Shown: one piece after another, positions 47,614-58,292 of the stretch
Position numbering within the stretch: the first letter of the stretch is position 1
How the letters are laid out: every line of letters starts with the position of its first letter
Virus record (IMG/VR): IMGVR_UViG_3300028706_000553
Reading direction: 5' to 3' (one strand)
Source: a virus
Length of the DNA stretch: 64,000 nucleotides
Program-made: the position numbers and the translations under genes
The notes under the pieces: model-generated
Told to the model about the DNA's origin: nothing
Database searches by the model: none
What the model saw: only the letters and a program-made list of their open reading frames with translations

Positions 47614-47812
47614 ATATGAAGAACTGAGAGAAAATACTGAATCTATAGGTGGCACAAATCAATTTGAAGTGCGCACGTTTAGATCATCAGGTAATTTTCT
47701 AATCATTGATGAAGATGGTGACTTTATCATCATAGATCGAGACCACGCTGAATTCGTTGGTTCATGTATCTTGACGCACTTAATGCAAACAAAAGAGATT
47801 GTACCGTCATGA
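47600..47812 (+). CDS. hypothetical protein
   Basis: overlapping ORF chain. Confidence 0.5.
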   Translation: MNMNKYEELRENTESIGGTNQFEVRTFRSSGNFLIIDEDGDFIIIDRDHAEFVGSCILTHLMQTKEIVPS

Positions 47813-48408
47813 ATTATTATAAAAATTATTTAAAAGAAAATTTAGATCTTTTACTATTAAGTGAATTAAAAACTATTAAAGACTGGAAAGACTTTAATCG
47901 TAATAATAGTCATATGAAAGAATATTATGGTGAGGGTAAATTTATTAATAGAATACGACAATATTTTCATTCTAAGGAATGTATAAAATGGATTGAAAAA
48001 GAGACAGGTATAGATGGTCTGCTTGTTGACCCTTACAGTGTTGGAGAAGGGGTTTCTTTAATGGAATCACAAGATCAACTCGATCCTCATATAGATTTTA
48101 ATTGGAATGATAGAATTAAAATGCATCGCGCTGTTAATTTATGCGTATATCTTGGTGAGTGCGAAGGCGGTGAACATTGTCAATATGATGATAAAAAAGA
48201 AAATGTTGTTTCTAATCACATACCAGAACATAATTCTGCTATATTATTTAAACACAGTGAAACAAGTCCACACGGTGTCAAGCCTGTAACTAGCGGTCAA
48301 CGATTTACAATGAGACAGTTTTATTATAAAAGTGAAGCCACCGTAGTTAATCCCCACCAATCACTTTACTGGTATAACCCAGATAGACAAATGCCAACAA
48401 ATTCGTAA
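47809..48408 (+). CDS. 2OG-Fe(II) oxygenase (prolyl hydroxylase-like)
   Basis: LDPHIDFN (HxD), R.VNL..YL, SPHGV, RFTMRQFYY; ATG 47809 in ATGA overlap. Confidence 0.85.
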   Translation: MNYYKNYLKENLDLLLLSELKTIKDWKDFNRNNSHMKEYYGEGKFINRIRQYFHSKECIKWIEKETGIDGLLVDPYSVGEGVSLMESQDQLDPHIDFNWNDRIKMHRAVNLCVYLGECEGGEHCQYDDKKENVVSNHIPEHNSAILFKHSETSPHGVKPVTSGQRFTMRQFYYKSEATVVNPHQSLYWYNPDRQMPTNS

Positions 48409-48435
48409 ATTAAAAAATGATTAAAGGATTATAAA

Positions 48436-49329
48436 ATGATATATTTGTATGGTGATAGTTTTGTAGAAAATGAAGCAGCTGAAAACTTAGGTCAGCGTGA
48501 CCATGAGCGATGGTATCAAATGCTTTCTAAAAATCTTGATGAAGAGCATGAAAATTTTGGTGAATGTGGTGAAGGCCCTGCTTCGTCATTAGCAAAATTT
48601 CACCGGCATTACGAGCAAGGATATTTTAAACCAAATCCTAAGTTTGTATTTTTCTTATCTAGTCCATATAGAATTCCTTGGACTTGGTTAAAGCCACAAG
48701 AAGATCCAAAATATAGTCCTAGTGGTAAGATGGATAGAACCTCCGGAATTGGGATATCTTCAGCATATCAAGATTGGGATGTTGAATATGAGAAAATTAA
48801 TCACCCTCACCCTCGAGATGTTCCACTATACGCAGAATATTATTATACACCAGAAGAATATTTCGCGCAAACATCGGTTTATGAGTCATTACAGGATGAA
48901 TTGGATCATCAAAACTTAAAGAATGTTGCATATCTTCATACACTATCTAAGTTGAATAATTGGCCAATGATGGTTTTTCGCGTCTTTGGTATGAATCCTA
49001 ATCCTTTCAGAAAAAAATACGATGTATCGCTCTTTGATTTTGAAAAACTTAATGACGATACATTTCATTTTTATTCAACTCCAATGAATGATCACTCATC
49101 TAAAGAATGGGTTGATGAATGGATAGCTGAGGCAGGAACAATGAATCACTTTACTCATCGTAATCATATAATATTAAGTAATATAATGACAAATCATTTT
49201 CTACAAACATATGGCACCGCCTCATTTTTAACAGAACAATGGCACGAACATTTTATCCGCAGTGTGGAAAATCAACAGCATCGACGTGATCGCGACCCAA
49301 ATACCTTTGTAGATTTTATATATGAATGA
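48436..49329 (+). CDS. SGNH hydrolase/acyltransferase-like protein
   Basis: YGDSF at the N-terminus, NH near the C-terminus. Confidence 0.65.
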   Translation: MIYLYGDSFVENEAAENLGQRDHERWYQMLSKNLDEEHENFGECGEGPASSLAKFHRHYEQGYFKPNPKFVFFLSSPYRIPWTWLKPQEDPKYSPSGKMDRTSGIGISSAYQDWDVEYEKINHPHPRDVPLYAEYYYTPEEYFAQTSVYESLQDELDHQNLKNVAYLHTLSKLNNWPMMVFRVFGMNPNPFRKKYDVSLFDFEKLNDDTFHFYSTPMNDHSSKEWVDEWIAEAGTMNHFTHRNHIILSNIMTNHFLQTYGTASFLTEQWHEHFIRSVENQQHRRDRDPNTFVDFIYE

Positions 49330-50234
49330 AATTTTATATTACCCCACCAACAGTTAATAATCCAGATCTAACACCCTTATTAAACGTTGAAGGCCCCATA
49401 GAGGTCTATGATGTATGGGAGGTGTTTAGAGAAGATATTATTAAGTTTTTAGAAGACTTACCTAATGAAGTAACGTATCATACTGCTGATGGTAATCTAA
49501 AGAATGATAAACTTAAAATAGTTTATGAACCTTATTCTTTCCTAACAGAAATTAGTCAACGCAGTAGGGACATATATTATGATCACCCAGACCTTCACGG
49601 ACCTATAAAATATAATTTTATTAGCTTATGTTCTGCTCCTCAAGAATACAAGTATGATTTATTAGATAGATTCCACACCAATAAATACTTTATATACTCT
49701 AATTATCCTTATTCTAAAGTCAACGCAACAGATTATAAATGGCATCCGGACACTCCATTAATCGAATATAAAGGTAAAAATGGGTTTTCTAATCTTGACA
49801 TAGTAAAACTTACAGAGATAGAATTTGATCATCGGGGATTTCAAGAATTAATACCGTTAGAATATTATCAGACTAATTGTGATTTAGTATTAGAGTCAAC
49901 TATTGACACTCTTTTTATTACAGAAAAGACATGGAAGCCTATAGTATTTAAAAAACCATTCTTAGTTTGGGGCAGTCAAGGACTTCACGCTAAGTTAAAA
50001 GATCTTGGTTTTGAATTATATGATGAGTTATTTGATTATAGTTTCGACGGCGGAGTGTTTGATCCTAATTGGAGGCGCCTAGGTAGATTGTGTGAATCAA
50101 TAAAACCTTATATGCAAATGGAGCCTGATACATTTAAGAAGAAGATTAAAACAGTTAAAGATAAAATAGAATTTAATTATAAACATTATTGCGAGTTATT
50201 TGATGTGGAGACACGTAACAGAGTTCGAAGATAA
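49326..50234 (+). CDS. GT10-like glycosyltransferase-related protein (paralogue 1)
   Basis: LVLES..FITEKTWKPI..KPFLV.G..LGFELYDELFDYSFD. Confidence 0.55.
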   Translation: MKFYITPPTVNNPDLTPLLNVEGPIEVYDVWEVFREDIIKFLEDLPNEVTYHTADGNLKNDKLKIVYEPYSFLTEISQRSRDIYYDHPDLHGPIKYNFISLCSAPQEYKYDLLDRFHTNKYFIYSNYPYSKVNATDYKWHPDTPLIEYKGKNGFSNLDIVKLTEIEFDHRGFQELIPLEYYQTNCDLVLESTIDTLFITEKTWKPIVFKKPFLVWGSQGLHAKLKDLGFELYDELFDYSFDGGVFDPNWRRLGRLCESIKPYMQMEPDTFKKKIKTVKDKIEFNYKHYCELFDVETRNRVRR

Positions 50235-50826
50235 GATAGCAGAGTATGCTGGTTCTAAATATGCTGTTGCAATGGATAGTTGCACCAATGCTATATTCAT
50301 GTGTGCTAGATATCTTAGAAAAAGACAAATGTGGAAAAAGGTAAGGATAGATTTACCTAAACAGATATATGTAAGTGTTCCACAAATGCTATGGCATCTA
50401 GGATATTGGCTTCACTTTGAAGATATAAAATGGAAGGGATATTATCCAATAAAGCCGTTGAATATAGTAGATTCAGCATGTCGATTTACTAAGGATATGT
50501 ATATACCTAATACCTATTATTGTATAAGCTTTCACCATAGGAAGATATTATCAACAGTAAGAGGTGGTATGGTATTAACAGATGATAAGGATTTTGTTGA
50601 CTGGTTAAGGCCTCGAATCTATATGGGTAGGAATAAAGATGTTATGTCTAAAGATGATAATGTATCTATAGTTGATGCTTATAATATGTATATGCCACCA
50701 GAGACAGCAATGGAAGGGTTACTTAAATTTAGAGAGCTACCCATGGATAATCAGGATTGCGGTGACAGTAATATGTATCAGGATATAAGTGGATTAAATT
50801 GGACAAGAACTATATACGATGATTAA
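50200..50826 (+). CDS. DegT/DnrJ/StrS PLP aminotransferase (short)
   Basis: FEDKIAEYAG..YAVAMDSCTNA, DSAC, SFHHRK (PLP Lys), GGMVLTDD. Confidence 0.85.
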   Translation: MMWRHVTEFEDKIAEYAGSKYAVAMDSCTNAIFMCARYLRKRQMWKKVRIDLPKQIYVSVPQMLWHLGYWLHFEDIKWKGYYPIKPLNIVDSACRFTKDMYIPNTYYCISFHHRKILSTVRGGMVLTDDKDFVDWLRPRIYMGRNKDVMSKDDNVSIVDAYNMYMPPETAMEGLLKFRELPMDNQDCGDSNMYQDISGLNWTRTIYDD

Positions 50827-51939
50827 ATGATATTTTGTGATATACCTAAGATAGAAGAAGTTCAGGGATTTCCTGGAGTTATTACAGAAGACTTAAAAAA
50901 GCAATTCAAATCTCTTCCTAAAAATAGTGATATTTGCATAATAGATAGATCTGAGGTTGAAAGATTATGGCCTTTAAATCCTTTGGAAGCCACAACTGTA
51001 CATGATTTAAATGATGCATTATCCGAACACTCTGGCAAAATATATTATCTTTGTGCTGATTTAAATATAAAAGAAAGAATATCAAAAACTGATTATAAAT
51101 TTATACCACTAGTTCATCCATATTGTTTTCGTCCTAATATTAGTAATGCTTTACAATATGAAATAAAAACAGAATATACACATAACTTTATAAATTTAAC
51201 CAGTGCTCCTAAAGCATTTAGAATAGTACTTTTAGAAAAATACTATAAGCATCCTAAGTTTGAATATTCATTGAATCCATTCTTTCATGGAAAACAATTT
51301 AAGCATGTATCTATAAAACATCCGTTACAATGGAATCATGATTATATTCAAAATATTTCCCCTTATCATTTTATATTAACAGATGTCCCCACAAGGGAGT
51401 TGACAGAGTTCTCTGAAAATTGGAAACCAGGGATGTTAGATAAGTCATACTTTGATGATTATCTACCTAAAGAAGCATATAATTGTTGTTGTGATGTTGT
51501 TACTGAATCTTACGTTGCATATGATTCTATATTATTTACTGAGAAAATATTCAAAGAAATATTATTTAAGAGACCTTTCATAGCTCTGGGAGCAAAGAAT
51601 CAAAATCATATAATGGAGGAATTAGGATTTAAGCTATATGATGAAATATTTGATTATAGCTTTGATAAAGCTAACACTCTTCAAGGGAGATTTGAAGGAT
51701 TTTGTAATCAAATAGACCGCTACATTGATGAAGAGGTTGAAGAGTTTTCAGAAAAGTTATCTGTATTGTCAGATAAAATTGAGTATAATAAAGATTTACT
51801 TGAGAGAAGGTATAATGAATATGAAGACTGGTTTAGGGTGATAGGCTTATGTCATGCAAGTGATGATATATTTGTTGAATCTTTAGAATTAGATAATCTA
51901 TTTAAAAAAGTGTTAAATGATAGCGTTAAACCTAGATAA
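50827..51939 (+). CDS. GT10-like protein (paralogue 2)
   Basis: DVVTES..FTEKIFK..RPFIALG..LGFKLYDEIFDYSFD. Confidence 0.55.
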   Translation: MIFCDIPKIEEVQGFPGVITEDLKKQFKSLPKNSDICIIDRSEVERLWPLNPLEATTVHDLNDALSEHSGKIYYLCADLNIKERISKTDYKFIPLVHPYCFRPNISNALQYEIKTEYTHNFINLTSAPKAFRIVLLEKYYKHPKFEYSLNPFFHGKQFKHVSIKHPLQWNHDYIQNISPYHFILTDVPTRELTEFSENWKPGMLDKSYFDDYLPKEAYNCCCDVVTESYVAYDSILFTEKIFKEILFKRPFIALGAKNQNHIMEELGFKLYDEIFDYSFDKANTLQGRFEGFCNQIDRYIDEEVEEFSEKLSVLSDKIEYNKDLLERRYNEYEDWFRVIGLCHASDDIFVESLELDNLFKKVLNDSVKPR

Positions 51940-53044
51940 TTTCTTTTTTGATGAATCAGAAATAGATGAATTATTAAAGGACTTAGATGATGATATCTTA
52001 CTGTTTGATTTACCAGAGGGATCTAGATTTGATGGAGTATTTTCTAAAGTCCATGATACATTAGAAGATAATAATGTATGGTATCTTTGTTCTGATTTAA
52101 ATATTAAAGAAAGATATAAGAAGTGGTGTATAGATAATAAAAGGCCTGAAATATATAATACTCTATATTTTCCTTTTACTGTTAGGATAGACAGTATGCA
52201 TTTTGTAAAGCAAGAAACCATTGATGAGTTAAATAGTTTTCAAAAAAATAAAAATTTTATACAATTAACAAGTAGCCCTGCTCCTTATAGAATAGCAACG
52301 CTTAGTAATTATTATAAGCATTCAAATTATGAATATTCCCTAACACCTCAATTTCATTTTACAAAAGATGATGAGAATAGCTGGATAGATCGTGTGCATT
52401 CATGTTTATTTGATGAATTTGATATATTATCTAATACGAGAACACTTACAGAGATAGATATATCAGAAGAGTGGATAGAAGAAACTAAAGGATACATAGG
52501 CCCTAAAGAGCTAACCACTATTAATAATAAACTTTTTGATAAAGATGTATTTAATACTTTTCTTCCCAAAGAATGCTTTCAATCAAATTGTGATGTAGTA
52601 GTTGAAACATATGTCGAAGGACCTATCTACTATACAGAAAAAACCTGGAAAGAAATATTATTTCAACGTCCTTTTATTTTGTTAGGTAATAAAGGAAGCA
52701 ATCACAAATTAGAAGAATTGGGTTTCAAACTTTATAATGAAATATTTGATTATAGTTTTGATTTATTAGATAACCCTAAAGAAAGAATGAGAGGTTTCCA
52801 TAAACAAATCGAAAGATATTTAGAAAGTGATATAGAAGCATTCACTAATAAGCTTAGAGACATAGAAGAGAAGCTTATATATAATAGGAATAAATATATA
52901 AGTACCGTTGTAGATATAGAACAAAAGTTAGAATTTAAACCATACGAATTATATCACTATTTGTTTTTAAGTTCATTTTCAGAGAAAAGAGAATATCTTC
53001 CTAAACCTAAATTTGATATTATAAAAAACATTGCTAGATTTTGA
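51917..53044 (+). CDS. GT10-like protein (paralogue 3)
   Basis: DVVVET..YTEKTWK..RPFILLG..LGFKLYNEIFDYSFD. Confidence 0.55.
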   Translation: MIALNLDNFFFDESEIDELLKDLDDDILLFDLPEGSRFDGVFSKVHDTLEDNNVWYLCSDLNIKERYKKWCIDNKRPEIYNTLYFPFTVRIDSMHFVKQETIDELNSFQKNKNFIQLTSSPAPYRIATLSNYYKHSNYEYSLTPQFHFTKDDENSWIDRVHSCLFDEFDILSNTRTLTEIDISEEWIEETKGYIGPKELTTINNKLFDKDVFNTFLPKECFQSNCDVVVETYVEGPIYYTEKTWKEILFQRPFILLGNKGSNHKLEELGFKLYNEIFDYSFDLLDNPKERMRGFHKQIERYLESDIEAFTNKLRDIEEKLIYNRNKYISTVVDIEQKLEFKPYELYHYLFLSSFSEKREYLPKPKFDIIKNIARF

Positions 53045-53717
53045 TTTCACTATATCAAGCTATTGTAATGCAGCTTGCCCTTCCTGTAAAAGATATGAAG
53101 ACCATAATTTTATAGAATATAATCCTGATCAATCATTGCATCCAGGACTAAAACAACTACATATGGATTTTGATACCTACAAGTCCATTATAGAAAGAGA
53201 TATCGAACTGTTTAAAGATAAAAGCGTTACATTTGAGGGAGAATTAGGAGATGCTCTCGTTCACCCAAATATATTAAAATTTATAGATTATAGCACCGGC
53301 GTATTTAAAAGACTCAAAATAGTTACTAATGGAGGGCTTCGATCATCTAGGTTTTTTAATGATTGTGGAAATAAATATAACAACTTGGAGTTTCAATTCT
53401 CTATTGATGGATTAGATAATGAAAGCAATCAAAAATATAGAAGACGCGTCAACACACCAAAAGCATATGAGAACATGATCGCCTATAAACAAAGTAAATA
53501 TGGTGCTAGAATGTCATCCTGGCAGTATGTAATTTTTCAACATAATTGGTTTGAAATCCCGGAGATATTAGATATTGCAAAAAAGTATGATATAATGATT
53601 GATATGAAAATCAATAGCCGACCTAAGTTCCGAATTGAAGAGAAATATATTCCAAACGTTATAGAGATGTATGAACAAAATAAGTTCGAAAGAAGCAGAT
53701 TGATATTGGCAAATTAA
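53031..53717 (+). CDS. radical SAM protein core without SPASM
   Basis: CNAACPSC, GELGD, TNGGLR, FSIDGL, WQYVIFQHN. Confidence 0.88.
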   Translation: MLDFDFTISSYCNAACPSCKRYEDHNFIEYNPDQSLHPGLKQLHMDFDTYKSIIERDIELFKDKSVTFEGELGDALVHPNILKFIDYSTGVFKRLKIVTNGGLRSSRFFNDCGNKYNNLEFQFSIDGLDNESNQKYRRRVNTPKAYENMIAYKQSKYGARMSSWQYVIFQHNWFEIPEILDIAKKYDIMIDMKINSRPKFRIEEKYIPNVIEMYEQNKFERSRLILAN

Positions 53718-54382
53718 TGTTAGATACTGAAGATTGTTTATTTAATTTCGAAATCTCATCACATTGTAATGCAAAGTGTCCTAGTTGTTTTAGAACTGAG
53801 TTTAATGAATATGTTCCTAAACCTTATAAGCATTTAAAAGCGGATGATTTCGAAGATATAGTTTATAAGAATATAAGTTGGTTTAGAAATCATTCATATA
53901 GTAAGATACAGGCTAGATTTTGTGGGGAGATAGGCGACCCTTTAATGAATCCAGAATTAGATAGATTAACTTTTATAGCAGAGAATGTATTTGATTCAGT
54001 TGAAATATTTACTAACGGCGGTCTGCGCAATCCAAAGTGGATAAAGGAGTTTTTAATTAAGCACAAAACAACTAATTTAGTATTTGGAATAGATGGCTTA
54101 ACAGATGAAACCAATCAAATGTATAGAGTAAGTGTTAATACTGATTTAGCTTTTCGTAATATGAAAGAAGCTGTTAAACATGGACATACAAGATGGGATT
54201 ATACTATTTTTAGTCATAATTATCATGAAGTATCAGATGTTATAAAATTAGGTAAAGAATTAGAAGTAGATTTGCTATGTAGATTTAATGGAAGACAATA
54301 CAACAAATTAGATGATGAGTATTATGAACATTGTGAGAATCTCTTAAAAACTAATGAAATAAAGTACTATATATGCAAATAG
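53717..54382 (+). CDS. radical SAM protein core without SPASM (paralogue)
   Basis: CNAKCPSC, GEIGDP, TNGGLR, FGIDGL, WDYTIFSHN. Confidence 0.88.
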   Translation: MLDTEDCLFNFEISSHCNAKCPSCFRTEFNEYVPKPYKHLKADDFEDIVYKNISWFRNHSYSKIQARFCGEIGDPLMNPELDRLTFIAENVFDSVEIFTNGGLRNPKWIKEFLIKHKTTNLVFGIDGLTDETNQMYRVSVNTDLAFRNMKEAVKHGHTRWDYTIFSHNYHEVSDVIKLGKELEVDLLCRFNGRQYNKLDDEYYEHCENLLKTNEIKYYICK

Positions 54383-54648
54383 AGTGTGGATTCTATAATA
54401 CTAAGTTTAAGATATGGGATCAATATGAAATAGATATGGATATGAACTTATGGCCGTGCTGTCATATATATTTGCAGCATTTAGAATTTGGTAAAGTAGA
54501 TGAATGTATCTCTCATATTGATAATAACTTAAGAACTAATACTATAGAAAATATACGCAATGAGTTTAGTAAAGTTTTAAATGAAGAAAATTGGAAAGAT
54601 GAAAAAACATGTCCACCCCGCTGTATAAAAATTTGCCAAAAGAAATAA
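54373..54648 (+). CDS. stand-alone SPASM/twitch domain
   Basis: C...IDMDMNLWPCC...C..IC. Confidence 0.7.
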   Translation: MQIECGFYNTKFKIWDQYEIDMDMNLWPCCHIYLQHLEFGKVDECISHIDNNLRTNTIENIRNEFSKVLNEENWKDEKTCPPRCIKICQKK

Positions 54649-54974
54649 ACAAAACGGCTCGGAATTTGTCTGAAGCTCATGAAGATTTAGTTTATTGTAT
54701 AGGCTGGCATGAAAATAAAGAATGGAAAGAGGTTGAAGTTGCATCTGATTTCTCCGTTTATCCCTGCTGTTCCCTTCACGCTGAGCATCAACTAAACGAT
54801 ACATACTTCGATAAAAAATTAGATAGCATGGACAAAGATTGGAATAATTTAAAGCATAATAAATTAAAAGATATTTTAGAAATATGGCATCAACATATAA
54901 AACCTGAATATTGGAAAGATGAAAAAACTTTACCAGGCTGTTGTAATCACATCTGTAGGATAAAAAATGATTAA
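54609..54974 (+). CDS. stand-alone SPASM/twitch domain (paralogue)
   Basis: C...VASDFSVYPCC...CC.HIC; true start possibly TTG ~54633. Confidence 0.7.
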   Translation: MSTPLYKNLPKEINKTARNLSEAHEDLVYCIGWHENKEWKEVEVASDFSVYPCCSLHAEHQLNDTYFDKKLDSMDKDWNNLKHNKLKDILEIWHQHIKPEYWKDEKTLPGCCNHICRIKND

Positions 54975-55674
54975 TGTAATAGAATATAACGCAGCATATT
55001 ATCAGTTTAAGCTTATGTTTGAAGGATGTTTAGGACCATTAGAAGATATCCATTTAAATCATGATTTAAAACCCTCACCATATAATACAAAAGGTGGTAT
55101 TCAAGACCCTGATGATAATACATTTTATGGTCTAATTGAAAAACTATTTAAAGAAGTAGTTCATAATGGCTGGGAATTTAAATTGAGGTGGAAAGAGTTT
55201 CAACAAAAAGTATTAAAACCTATTTTTGATGAGGAAAAGATTGTAGTCCAAGAGCTTCCCTCTATTAAGATATTTCCATCTGGATATGAATGGCTCTATG
55301 TAGAAAATCCTATAGAAATCGATGGAAGAAAAGTTAATCGGCATTTAGAGAGTGATTCTCCCTTTTATCATCCCATATTTGAAACGACCTTTGTATTGCC
55401 TCTTACAGATATGGATGAAGATAATGGATTGTTTGTAGAGGATGAAATGTATACAAACAAATATGGAGAGATGTTATATTTTAACAATATTCATCATCAT
55501 GGAGGGTATGTATATAATAGATCAAAAAATAGTAGAGTGACTTTAGATTTTAAAGCATTACCCCATAGTAAGTATGACGTTAACATTTTAACAGATAAGC
55601 TAATTAAAAAAAGAGGCAAATTAATTGAACAAAAAGAATTTTATAGAATAGGTAATTATTATACATTAATATGA
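54967..55674 (+). CDS. StrG-like oxygenase-fold protein
   Basis: Q..P.I, H.E..YH..E..F.LPLTD, YGE..F...H...N....RVTLDF. Confidence 0.6.
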   Translation: MINVIEYNAAYYQFKLMFEGCLGPLEDIHLNHDLKPSPYNTKGGIQDPDDNTFYGLIEKLFKEVVHNGWEFKLRWKEFQQKVLKPIFDEEKIVVQELPSIKIFPSGYEWLYVENPIEIDGRKVNRHLESDSPFYHPIFETTFVLPLTDMDEDNGLFVEDEMYTNKYGEMLYFNNIHHHGGYVYNRSKNSRVTLDFKALPHSKYDVNILTDKLIKKRGKLIEQKEFYRIGNYYTLI

Positions 55675-56429
55675 ATAAGATAATAATCTTTGGTGATAGC
55701 TTTGGGGATCCTGACTATAATAAGAAAAAAGCCACAGCTTGGTATGAGATGTTTAAAGGTTATGAAGTTACTAATCATTGCTTAGCTGGAACCGGGCCTC
55801 ATTATTCTATTAAGAACTATTATGACTTTATAAGGAATGAATCCCACAAAGATGAGTGTATAATTATATTCTTATTAAGTGGAGAAGATAGAATAGCATT
55901 TCCTAATACAGATCCTCAGCACATATCTCATATAAATTGGGATTTTGTAGCAGATCAAAGTTGGTTTGCTGATAACTCAAAACTCGTTAAGGAAAAAGAA
56001 TATTATCATAAACATAGATTAGAAATAGATTATATGTTTAAAACGATGAGAGAGGAGATATTATGGAGCAATTATAAAAATTTATCAATGCTATGGATGA
56101 ACTCATTCTTATTTAATATTAAAACAATTACCTGTTTTATTTCGTATCCACACGAGTCTATATATGGACTTACATTAAAAGAGATTTCGTTATTATTCAA
56201 GTCACGATTAGCCTTAACGGATAATGATAATTTTTTACTATATCCATATTCTTTATCGGATGTGGCTGAAGGAGAGAAGGAAGCTAAAGATGTTGACGAT
56301 AGGAGAAATCATTTATCTCAATATAATCATGAAATATTATATAATAACTTAAATACTTTTCTAAACGGCTCTAATAATTTTACAGATCATATAACAAAAG
56401 TTAGTAATAATGATTTTATCTACGATTAA
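55671..56429 (+). CDS. SGNH-like protein (paralogue of 48436)
   Basis: FGDSF, RRNHLS..NH. Confidence 0.65.
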   Translation: MNKIIIFGDSFGDPDYNKKKATAWYEMFKGYEVTNHCLAGTGPHYSIKNYYDFIRNESHKDECIIIFLLSGEDRIAFPNTDPQHISHINWDFVADQSWFADNSKLVKEKEYYHKHRLEIDYMFKTMREEILWSNYKNLSMLWMNSFLFNIKTITCFISYPHESIYGLTLKEISLLFKSRLALTDNDNFLLYPYSLSDVAEGEKEAKDVDDRRNHLSQYNHEILYNNLNTFLNGSNNFTDHITKVSNNDFIYD

Positions 56430-56434
56430 ATATT

Positions 56435-57448
56435 ATGAATTTTAATACTCATATTCAATCATGTAATGGTTGGGATCCTCTTAAAGAGATAATCGTTGGC
56501 GATGTAACAGGTGCGAGGATCCCACCACTAAATCCCTCCATGAAAAACTTCATGTTTGCTAATCTAACTGATTCAGAGATAGTTAGCATATGTAAACCGT
56601 GGATGTACCCAACTCGAGTTATAGAAGAAACACAAGAAGATCTAGATTTATTAGCAAAGACATTATACGCTTTACATATTCGCGTATATAGGCCTGAGAA
56701 GAAAGTATATGGGTGGATGAATTACTGTCCACGTGATATATTCTTAGTGTTAAATGATACTATCATCGAAACACCATGTGTAATGAGTGAAAGAATAAAC
56801 GAATCATTTGCTTATAGACATATGTTAAATAATATTGATGATTATAGTAAGTGGATACAGGCACCCACCCCACAATACTTAGATATATCATTTAATTTTA
56901 CTGATTTATCTAAGCCCACGTTACAAAATACAGAAATTATGTTCGATGCTCCCAATGTCGTTAGATTAGGCACAGATTTATTATATCAGGTGAGCAATAG
57001 TGGTAATGAAAAAGGATATGATTGGTTAAAACATACATTCCCTGAGTATACTATACATCCAGCATATCAGTATTCAGGAGCACATTTTGATAGCACAGTA
57101 ATACCGTTAAGACCAGGCCTCGTATTATTAAATGGACATAGATGTAATGAAGATAATTACCCAGAAATATTTAAGAAGTGGGATAAGATATTCTTTACAG
57201 ATATAGTAGATCAGGACTCTGAGAATAGTGCAATAGCATCTAGCGCAATCGGATTAAATATATTAAGTATTAATGAACATACAGTTGTTATAGATAAGAA
57301 TCAAAAACCACTAATGAAAGAGTTAAAAAAGTGGGGTATAGATTCAATACCATTACAACTACGACACGCAAAGACGTTAGGTGGCGGATTCCATTGTGTG
57401 ACTCTGGACTTACATAGAGAAGGTAAGTTAGAACAATATGACTACTAA
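56435..57448 (+). CDS. amidinotransferase (glycine / inosamine-phosphate StrB1 family)
   Basis: NGWDPLKEIIVG, YCPRD, FDAPN, SNSGN..G, HFDST, LGGGFHC.TLD.HR. Confidence 0.92.
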   Translation: MNFNTHIQSCNGWDPLKEIIVGDVTGARIPPLNPSMKNFMFANLTDSEIVSICKPWMYPTRVIEETQEDLDLLAKTLYALHIRVYRPEKKVYGWMNYCPRDIFLVLNDTIIETPCVMSERINESFAYRHMLNNIDDYSKWIQAPTPQYLDISFNFTDLSKPTLQNTEIMFDAPNVVRLGTDLLYQVSNSGNEKGYDWLKHTFPEYTIHPAYQYSGAHFDSTVIPLRPGLVLLNGHRCNEDNYPEIFKKWDKIFFTDIVDQDSENSAIASSAIGLNILSINEHTVVIDKNQKPLMKELKKWGIDSIPLQLRHAKTLGGGFHCVTLDLHREGKLEQYDY

Positions 57449-58292
57449 GAAGTGCGCTGCATTATATAATCATACTCATATAAGACCCGGAGGTATAATA
57501 TATCCTTGTTGTAGATTTAAAAAGCAATTAGGGTATTTTGATGGTGATTTTGATAGCGTATTACACTCAAAGGAGTATGTCGAGTTACGTGAAAGGTTTG
57601 AGAAAGAGGAGATACCTGAATGTCAGAAATGCTGGGATCATGAGAACGCTGGCATACAATCAGAGAGACAAGTCTTTAATGAGAAGTGGAATTGTGATGA
57701 AATAAAATTAAGAGAGCTATGGATAGGAATAGATAATATATGTAATTTAAAATGTGTTATGTGTAATAAGGAGTATTCTAATCAATTTACAGGAGAGGTT
57801 ATTTCTACTAACGAGATAAAAAGTATTCCTGATATAGATAAGGTGGTGTTTTTAGGAGGAGAGCCTTTGATGAATGAAAGGTATTTCCGTCTACTACGAC
57901 AAATGAATAGAAGCATATTACATCTAACAATAATCACTAACGGTATGTTTAAATTACAAGATAAATGGAAGGAGATGTTAAGAGAATGTAAGCATGTAGT
58001 ATTTTTTGTAAGTATAGATGCGTGTGGTGAGCTTTGTGAAAGAGTTAGGGATGGTTCCAAGTGGGAAACAGTAGTAGAAACGGTAGAGGATTTAGAAACA
58101 GAGTGGCCAGTAACTGTTAATACTGTTATTCATAAAGATAATGTTAAGGGTATAGATGATTTGAAGAAATGGATAGATAAGAGACCGTGGCAAATCAATA
58201 TACTTACATATCCTTTTCATTTGAGGGTGACATCAGATGATAAACAAAGAATTATGAGAGACTTTAATCAATATTTTACTTATACGATATGA
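57438..58292 (+). CDS. radical SAM protein with N-terminal SPASM/twitch
   Basis: N-terminal C..YPCC..C..CW, then CNLKCVMC, GGEP, TNG, SID. Confidence 0.88.
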   Translation: MTTKKCAALYNHTHIRPGGIIYPCCRFKKQLGYFDGDFDSVLHSKEYVELRERFEKEEIPECQKCWDHENAGIQSERQVFNEKWNCDEIKLRELWIGIDNICNLKCVMCNKEYSNQFTGEVISTNEIKSIPDIDKVVFLGGEPLMNERYFRLLRQMNRSILHLTIITNGMFKLQDKWKEMLRECKHVVFFVSIDACGELCERVRDGSKWETVVETVEDLETEWPVTVNTVIHKDNVKGIDDLKKWIDKRPWQINILTYPFHLRVTSDDKQRIMRDFNQYFTYTI

